NCBI GenBank assembly: GCA_964653095.1
Contig: CAZZEH010000002.1
Span: forward strand, 88,899-152,898
Length of the DNA: 64,000 nucleotides
Direction: 5' to 3'
From: an uncultured Chitinophagales bacterium
GTDB lineage: Bacteria; Bacteroidota; Bacteroidia; Chitinophagales; JADIYW01
Part shown: positions 57,687 to 64,000 of the stretch, one piece after another
How positions within the stretch are numbered: the stretch's first letter is position 1
Layout of the letters: the number at the start of each line of letters is the position of its first letter
Notes under the pieces: model-generated
What the model was told of the DNA's origin: nothing
What the model saw: only the letters and a program-made list of their open reading frames with translations
Database searches by the model: none
Made by a program: the position numbers and the translations under genes

Positions 57687-59159
57687 GTGTTTGATTTATT
57701 ACAAGATACTCCATACCTGTTAGTGTCCGTTGAGATTATTTATCTGATTGCGGTGGTCTTGCTTTCTGTAAAAATTATTATTGATACCAAGACCAACAGT
57801 AAAACATTGGCGTATCTGCTTCTGCTGATTTTTCTTCCGATTTTTGGAATTATATTTTATTTCGTATTTGGAGTTAATTACAGAAAAAGAAAGTTTTACA
57901 ATTTCAAAATAGAGCGCGATGAAAAGCTCTTTAAAGAAATCAGGACTCTCGTCGGAAGATACCACCGACAAACTTTTCAAAAGTTGGATGAGAATCTCAA
58001 AAAGTATCAAAACACCATTAATTTTATTTTCAACAGTTCAAATTCTCCGATAGTAGAAGGAAATTATGTTGAGGTCCTGATTAACGGGGAAGAAAAATTT
58101 GCAAAAGTTTTTGAAAGAATAAAGGAGGCAAAGCACCACATTCATCTCGAGTATTATATCTACAGGAATGACAAAATAGGAAATGCGCTTGCCGATTTGC
58201 TGATAAAGAAATCAGAAGAGGGGGTGATAGTCAGGTTCCTGTACGATGATTTTGGCAGTAGGAAAATAAGCAGGACTCTGTTGAAAAGACTCCGGATAGG
58301 CGGAGTGCAGACTGCACCTGTCAACAAAATTAAGTTTAAGCTTTTTGCCAACAGGGTGAATTACAGAGACCACCGAAAAATTATAATTATTGATGGAGTC
58401 CATGTGTTTTCGGGAGGTATCAATGTATCTGATACGAACATTAATCCCAATACTACCGGATATTGGCGAGATACCCATCTGTATCTGAGGGGCAAAGGGG
58501 CATTTTATTTTCAGTATTTATTTTTGACTACCTGGATTTTTTCTACGAGGACAATGCTCACTCATGCCGAAAAATATTTTGTACCCGAAGACGATTTTGA
58601 CAATGAAGAATCTGATAAAGTAATACAGGTGGCTGCAAGCGGTCCCGATATGAGACCGACTATTATGCTGACTGCAATTTCTACTATTTATGATGCCAGA
58701 AAGCGGGTTTATATTACTACTCCATATTTTGTTCCTACAGAATCAGTCTTGCAGGCACTAAAAACGCAGGCTCGGGCGGGCGTAGATGTCCGACTGCTCG
58801 TACCCGAAAAAGGTGATTCCAAATTAGTGGATGCCGCTGCATATTCATATTACGAAGAGCTGCTTAAGAGCGGTGTTCGGGTTTATTTTTATGATAAAGG
58901 GTTTATCCACTCCAAAACAATGATAATAGATGACTTTTTCTCCAGTATTGGGACGGCCAATATTGATGTGAGAAGTCATGAGCTAAACTTTGAAGTGAAT
59001 ACTTATATATACGACCGATCCGTAAATCAAAAGCTATATGAGGTGTTTCTGAAAGATTTGGAAGACAGCCATGAAATTTATTATGAGGAATGGCTTACCC
59101 GTTCAAGGATTAAAGAGTTTTTTGAACATTTGGCAAGGCTGTTTTCTCCTTTGTTGTAA
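57687..59159 (+). CDS. cls: Cardiolipin synthase (PLD superfamily)
   Basis: 490 aa. Two N-terminal TM helices and two HKD motifs (HRKIIIIDG; HSKTMIIDD). Apparent GTG start. Confidence 0.9.
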   Translation: MFDLLQDTPYLLVSVEIIYLIAVVLLSVKIIIDTKTNSKTLAYLLLLIFLPIFGIIFYFVFGVNYRKRKFYNFKIERDEKLFKEIRTLVGRYHRQTFQKLDENLKKYQNTINFIFNSSNSPIVEGNYVEVLINGEEKFAKVFERIKEAKHHIHLEYYIYRNDKIGNALADLLIKKSEEGVIVRFLYDDFGSRKISRTLLKRLRIGGVQTAPVNKIKFKLFANRVNYRDHRKIIIIDGVHVFSGGINVSDTNINPNTTGYWRDTHLYLRGKGAFYFQYLFLTTWIFSTRTMLTHAEKYFVPEDDFDNEESDKVIQVAASGPDMRPTIMLTAISTIYDARKRVYITTPYFVPTESVLQALKTQARAGVDVRLLVPEKGDSKLVDAAAYSYYEELLKSGVRVYFYDKGFIHSKTMIIDDFFSSIGTANIDVRSHELNFEVNTYIYDRSVNQKLYEVFLKDLEDSHEIYYEEWLTRSRIKEFFEHLARLFSPLL

Positions 59160-61766
59160 TTATATCAGTTTCCTCAGCTCATCTAATTTGAGCAATGCTT
59201 CGACCGGTGTCAGTGTATTGATATCTACTTTTTCCAGAATTTCTTTTAGCTGGATAAGCCTCGGGTCGTCCATGGAAAAGATGCTCAGTTGGTAATCCGG
59301 CTGTCTGACATTTTGCAGTTTGCTTTTGATATCACTTGATATACTTTTTGCTTCTAACTCTTTGAGAATTTGGTTGGCTCTTTTAATGACCTCATTGGGC
59401 ATTCCCGCCATCTTGGCTACGTGAATCCCAAAACTATGATTACTTCCGCCTTCTGCAAGTGTACGCAGGAAGATTATTTTCTTGCCGCTTTCTTTCACAG
59501 AGACATTATAGTTTTTGACACGCGACCATTGATGTGTCAGTTCATTTAGCTCATGGTAGTGAGTGGCAAACATTGTTTTGGCTTTTGAATTTGGGTGATT
59601 GTGCAGGTATTCGACCAAAGCCCAGGCAATAGATATACCGTCGTACGTACTGGTTCCGCGCCCGATTTCATCCAAAAGTACCAGACTCTTTGATGATATA
59701 TTATTTAAAATACTTGCGGCTTCAATCATTTCTACCATAAAAGTAGATTCGCCCATAGAGATATTATCGCTGGCACCTACTCTTGTAAAGACTTTGTCCA
59801 CGATTCCTATCTCTGCCGATTCTGCGGGTACAAAACTGCCCATTTGAGCCATCAGAACAATTAACGCCGTTTGTCGAAGCAGAGCAGATTTTCCTGCCAT
59901 ATTTGGGCCCGTAATAATCATGATTTGCTGCGTTTCGTTGTCGAGATACACGTCATTAGGAATATATTGCTCTCCGAGAGGAAGTTGTTTTTCTATGACC
60001 GGGTGTCTTCCGCCTTTAATGTTTAATTGATCACTTGAGTTTAAAGAAGGTTTGCGGTAATTATTTTTCATTGCCAAAGTTGCCATAGATTGCAGACAAT
60101 CTAGCTGTGCAATAATTTTTGCGTTTTGAAGTATGGGGTGGAGAAATTGAGTCGCATACTGAACCAGTTCTCTGAATATTTTAATCTCCAGTTCAAGAAT
60201 TTTTTCTTCTGCTCCCAATATTTTTTCTTCGTATTCTTTTAGCTCGGGTGTAATATACCGCTCGGCATTGGTCATAGTCTGTTTTCTGATCCAGGATTCC
60301 GGAACTTTATCTTTGTGCGTATTTCTGACTTCAAGAAAATATCCGAATACATTGTTGAAGCCAATCTTTAATGAGCTTATTCCTGTTCTCTGACTTTCAG
60401 TGTTTTGCAGTTCAAGAATATATTCCTTCCCATGTTTGGATATTTTTTTAATACGGTCTAATTCTTCATGCACTCCATCGTTTATGGCATTGCCTTTTTG
60501 GATGATCACAGGAGCTTCGGGGTGAATTGTACGTTCAATTTTTTCTTTAAGTCCTTCGCATAAATCAATCTGTGCAGCCTGTTTTTTCAGCACATCAGAA
60601 TTACTTCTTCCACAGGCCTGTTTTATGAAAGGCAAAGAGGACAGAGCTCTGCCCATTTGCAGCATTTCTCTCGGATTTATTTTGCCGAGAGGAGCTTTGG
60701 AAATTAGTCTTTCCAAATCGCCAATCTCTTTTATTCTTTGAGATATTTCTTTGTGAAAATCCTGATCCTTTATAAAATATTCTACCCCATCTAACCTTTC
60801 CTGAATGACTGGCTTCTGTTTGAGCGGTGTAGCAATCCATCTTTTAAGCATTCTGGCCCCCATCGGACTTACCGTAAAATCCATAATATCTAACAGGCTG
60901 ACACCATCCGGATGATTTGAATAGATAAGCTCCAAATTTCTTGCGGTAAATCTGTCTAACCAGACAAATTCATCCTGTTCTATTCTTAAAATCTGGTGTA
61001 CGTGCTGTAAGTTTTTTTGTTCCGCGTCGGATAAATATTGCAGCACCGCACCTGCCGCGTAAATTCCCGAAGTGCAGTCCTCTATCCCAAAACCTTTCAG
61101 AGTCTTTACTTCAAATTGATTTTGCAGCTTCTCCTCTAAATAATCTTTTTGGTATATCCAGTTCTCCAGAGCATACGTATAGTATTTCTTGCCAAAGAGT
61201 TCTTTAAATTTTTTTTGATCCTGTTTGGCGAAAATTATCTCTGAGGGATTGAAACTTTGCAGCAGTTTGTCAATATACTGTTCATCGCCTTGTGCAATCA
61301 GGAACTCTCCGGTAGAAAAATCAATAAATGAGATGCCGATTACATTATTCTTGTCAAAAAATAAAGAGGCTAAAAAATTATTGCTTTTGTGGTCAAGAAT
61401 TTTGTCGTTGACCGCGACTCCGGGCGTAATTAATTCAGTTACACCTCTTTTTACAATTTTCTTTGTCTTCTTGGGGTCTTCCAATTGTTCGCATATAGCC
61501 ACTCTGTATCCGGCCCGGACTAATTTGGGCAGATAGGTATCTAAAGCATGATAAGGGAATCCGGCAAGCTCCATTTCTGAGGCAGAACCGTTAGCTCTTT
61601 TCGTCAGAACGATGCCTAATGCTTCGGATGTTTTGACGGCGTCTGAGTGAAATGTTTCGTAAAAGTCACCGACTCTGAATAAAAGAATGGCATCAGGATT
61701 TTTTGCCTTTATCCTGTTGTATTGCCGCATAAGCGGTGTTTCTTTTGTTTGAGTACTCTTTGCCAA
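59160..61766 (-). CDS. mutS: DNA mismatch repair protein MutS
   Basis: 868 aa. N-terminal TPLMRQY...FYE mismatch-binding motif, Walker A GPNMAGKS, DEIGRGTST and THYHEL. Confidence 0.96.
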   Translation of the reverse strand: MAKSTQTKETPLMRQYNRIKAKNPDAILLFRVGDFYETFHSDAVKTSEALGIVLTKRANGSASEMELAGFPYHALDTYLPKLVRAGYRVAICEQLEDPKKTKKIVKRGVTELITPGVAVNDKILDHKSNNFLASLFFDKNNVIGISFIDFSTGEFLIAQGDEQYIDKLLQSFNPSEIIFAKQDQKKFKELFGKKYYTYALENWIYQKDYLEEKLQNQFEVKTLKGFGIEDCTSGIYAAGAVLQYLSDAEQKNLQHVHQILRIEQDEFVWLDRFTARNLELIYSNHPDGVSLLDIMDFTVSPMGARMLKRWIATPLKQKPVIQERLDGVEYFIKDQDFHKEISQRIKEIGDLERLISKAPLGKINPREMLQMGRALSSLPFIKQACGRSNSDVLKKQAAQIDLCEGLKEKIERTIHPEAPVIIQKGNAINDGVHEELDRIKKISKHGKEYILELQNTESQRTGISSLKIGFNNVFGYFLEVRNTHKDKVPESWIRKQTMTNAERYITPELKEYEEKILGAEEKILELEIKIFRELVQYATQFLHPILQNAKIIAQLDCLQSMATLAMKNNYRKPSLNSSDQLNIKGGRHPVIEKQLPLGEQYIPNDVYLDNETQQIMIITGPNMAGKSALLRQTALIVLMAQMGSFVPAESAEIGIVDKVFTRVGASDNISMGESTFMVEMIEAASILNNISSKSLVLLDEIGRGTSTYDGISIAWALVEYLHNHPNSKAKTMFATHYHELNELTHQWSRVKNYNVSVKESGKKIIFLRTLAEGGSNHSFGIHVAKMAGMPNEVIKRANQILKELEAKSISSDIKSKLQNVRQPDYQLSIFSMDDPRLIQLKEILEKVDINTLTPVEALLKLDELRKLI

Positions 61767-61813
61767 ATCGATTTTCCTTTTAGTAAATTTGTAAGCTTGT
61801 TAAAATAAGGATT

Positions 61814-62365
61814 ATGCGCAAATTGTCTATGGATGAGTTGGGAAGATTATCCACAGAGTCATTTAAAAATGCGGATAAATACCCGATAGCAGTGGTTTTG
61901 GATAATATTCGGAGCGGATTGAATGTGGGTTCAGTATTTCGATCGTCAGATGCGTTTTTAATAGATACGATTTTTATCTGTGGATATACTCCCAGACCGC
62001 CTCACAGAGATGTACTAAAATCTGCATTGGGTGCTACGGAATCAGTCGCCTGGGAATCATTTGATTCAGTAACAGACTGTATCCGGTCTCTGAGAGATTT
62101 GGGCTATAAGATTTTTGCCGTAGAGCAGGCAGATCAATCTGTCAGGCTGTCTGACTTTATACCTGACAAAGACGAGAAAATTGCATTGATTTTTGGCAAT
62201 GAGGTCTATGGCGTTTCTGACGAAGCATTAAATCTGGCCGACGGCTGTATCGAGGTGCCGCAATGGGGGACAAAGCACTCGCTCAATATTAGTGTATGTG
62301 CGGGAATTGTTTTGTGGGATATCGTACAAAAGCTGTCTGCTAACCCGGATAAAAAGCATCTGTGA
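61814..62365 (+). CDS. TrmH/SpoU family RNA 2'-O-methyltransferase
   Basis: 183 aa. SPOUT motifs (NVGSVFRS, LIFGNEVYGVS, IEVPQ.G...SLN). Confidence 0.85.
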   Translation: MRKLSMDELGRLSTESFKNADKYPIAVVLDNIRSGLNVGSVFRSSDAFLIDTIFICGYTPRPPHRDVLKSALGATESVAWESFDSVTDCIRSLRDLGYKIFAVEQADQSVRLSDFIPDKDEKIALIFGNEVYGVSDEALNLADGCIEVPQWGTKHSLNISVCAGIVLWDIVQKLSANPDKKHL

Positions 62366-62693
62366 TGTGGTCTGTAATCCATTCCTCTCTTTTTTTGAAA
62401 ACTGCTACAATATCAAATCTGATTTCTCCTCTGTAATTGGTTTGTTCGATATATTCTTCGACTGCACGATACAGGTTTTGATGCTTTTTGGAATTGACAA
62501 ATTGACTTGGGTGCCCAAATAAATCAGACTCTCTCGTTTTGACCTCTACGATGACCAGCGTATCTTCATGAAAAGCTATAATATCAATTTCATAATGACT
62601 GTATCTCCAGTTTTGTGCAATAATTTTATATCCTTTGCTTCTAAGTAATGCCGCCGCCTGATTTTCTCCCTTTTGCCCCAGATTATTTATCAT
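62340..62693 (-). CDS. yraN: YraN family (UPF0102) endonuclease-like protein
   Basis: 117 aa. GE..A...L...GY.I...NWR....EID.IA......VIVEVK.R pattern. Confidence 0.85.
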   Translation of the reverse strand: MINNLGQKGENQAAALLRSKGYKIIAQNWRYSHYEIDIIAFHEDTLVIVEVKTRESDLFGHPSQFVNSKKHQNLYRAVEEYIEQTNYRGEIRFDIVAVFKKREEWITDHITDAFYPG

Positions 62694-62745
62694 TAAAATA
62701 AGATATTTGAATTTAGATTGATTAATTTTACCTTCTGTTGATTTT

Positions 62746-63762
62746 ATGCAAATTAGCTTTATTATGTCGAAAATGGATGATTATATTTCAGGTTTTACAC
62801 AACAAATTAAAAGAGCAGTTTCGATTGGCGAGTCTGCCGCACTGTCCGTTCCGCAGGTGAGTATAAGGAATATTTTGTTTTCAGGACTGGGGGGGTCCGG
62901 TATAGGAGGTTCTATTCTATCCGATCTGCTGAAAGATGAAATAGAGATACCGATAATAATTAATAAAAACTATCATATACCTGCTTTCGTAGATGAAAAT
63001 ACATTAGTCGTAATTGTTTCGTATTCAGGCAATACAGAAGAGACAATTTCTGCCATGATGCAGGCACATAAAAAGAAGGCAAATATTGTGTGTATCAGTT
63101 CGGGAGGATTGATAAAAGAGTATGCCGAACTTCATAAGTTTAATTTTATCGAGATTGATGGAGGAATGCCTCCGAGGGCATGTTTAGCCTTATCTTTTGT
63201 TCAGATTTATTATACGCTGCATAGATTTGGACTCGTGGACAATAAGTTTAAAACCGCATTGTCAGATACTATAGAGCTTTTAAATAAAGAGGAGGAAGAT
63301 ATTTTGAATCTTGCTAAAGATGCCGCAGCCACTTTATACGGGACACTGCCGGTAATATATGTGGACGCAGCGATGGAAAGCGTGGCAGTGCGATTCAGAC
63401 AGCAGCTAAATGAAAACTCTAAAATGCTTTGCTGGCATCATGTGATACCGGAAATGAACCACAATGAACTGGTCGGCTGGGTCAAACCGCATGAGGATAT
63501 GTCGGTAGTGTTTCTCCGAAATGAAAGTGACTTTAAGAGGAATCAGAAGCGTATGAATTTTACTAAAAACATAGTGTCGGGGCTTACAGATAATGTAATC
63601 GAACTCTTTTCAAAAGGGAATACGAATCTGGAAAGAAGTTTTTATTTTATACATCTTTGCGACTGGGTGTCGGCATTTCTCGCAGACATGAATGAAGTGG
63701 ATGCAGTGGAAGTAAATGTGATTACCTCATTAAAAAATAAATTGGCTGAAAATCCGATTTAG
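62746..63762 (+). CDS. Bifunctional phosphoglucose/phosphomannose isomerase (SIS domain)
   Basis: 338 aa. GLGGSGIGG, VSYSGNTEET, and the C-terminal EMNHNE motif. Alternative starts are ATG 62764 and ATG 62773. Confidence 0.8.
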   Translation: MQISFIMSKMDDYISGFTQQIKRAVSIGESAALSVPQVSIRNILFSGLGGSGIGGSILSDLLKDEIEIPIIINKNYHIPAFVDENTLVVIVSYSGNTEETISAMMQAHKKKANIVCISSGGLIKEYAELHKFNFIEIDGGMPPRACLALSFVQIYYTLHRFGLVDNKFKTALSDTIELLNKEEEDILNLAKDAAATLYGTLPVIYVDAAMESVAVRFRQQLNENSKMLCWHHVIPEMNHNELVGWVKPHEDMSVVFLRNESDFKRNQKRMNFTKNIVSGLTDNVIELFSKGNTNLERSFYFIHLCDWVSAFLADMNEVDAVEVNVITSLKNKLAENPI

Positions 63763-64000
63763 TGAAAGATTTTCTCGTACAACAATTGGGACTGATGTCA
63801 TATCAGTCAGCTTGGGAATTACAGAAAAGTTTGTTTGAAAAGATAGTTCGGTCTAAAGCCGGAGGTCATAATTATGCAGGTATGAACTACTTGTTACTGA
63901 CGGAACATCCTCATGTATATACCTTTGGGAAAAGAGGGAAAGAGGAACATTTACTTTTGAACGGCGATAATCTTAACCAAAAAGGTATTCAGGTTTTTAG
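63762..64000 (+). CDS. lipB: Lipoyl(octanoyl) transferase, N-terminal part (3' end outside the window)
   Basis: My own translation: VKDFLVQQLGLMSYQSAWELQKSLFEKIV...NYLLLTEHPHVYTFGKRGKEEHLL. This is the LipB N-terminal pattern. The GTG start overlaps the upstream TAG (TAGTG). Not in the ORF track because no stop falls inside the window. Confidence 0.8.
   Translation, partial: MKDFLVQQLGLMSYQSAWELQKSLFEKIVRSKAGGHNYAGMNYLLLTEHPHVYTFGKRGKEEHLLLNGDNLNQKGIQVF

Noticed and set aside
1-64000. CRISPR arrays, tRNA/rRNA genes, transposases, integrases or prophage genes
   Set aside because: No regularly spaced direct repeats were seen. No intergenic gap contains a tRNA-like T-arm (GGTTCGAATCC-type) or rRNA-like sequence. 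No ORF has a transposase, integrase or phage motif. The window looks like core chromosome apart from the giant-gene unit.

Overview
This looks like a densely packed chromosomal segment of a low-GC Bacteroidota genome. That assignment is an inference from three things: type IX secretion (T9SS) genes, a short 289-aa primary sigma factor, and TAnnTTTG-type -7 promoter boxes. I can support about 55 protein-coding genes. Most are housekeeping: thrS-infC-rpmI-rplT, ffh, rpoD, mutS, parA/parB, ilvE/ilvD, fumC, gcvT, folP, asnA, gatC, thiE, cls, and lipB (partial). I saw no rRNA, tRNA, CRISPR array, transposase or integrase. The standout is a 9-kb gene (44019-53015). It encodes a 2998-aa T9SS cargo built from about 15 tandem Cys-bearing modules that resemble pre-peptidase C-terminal (PPC) domains, with no recognisable catalytic domain. 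A small secreted-protein gene is translationally coupled to it upstream, behind a 489-bp AT-rich leader. Other points of interest are a PorP/SprF plus PorE-like T9SS pair whose PorE homologue carries an extra SPOR domain, a penicillin/AHL-acylase operon with two unknown small proteins, and a DUF4142-cupredoxin pair next to an orphan ECF sigma factor. All functional calls come from reading motifs in the supplied translations. No database search was run.
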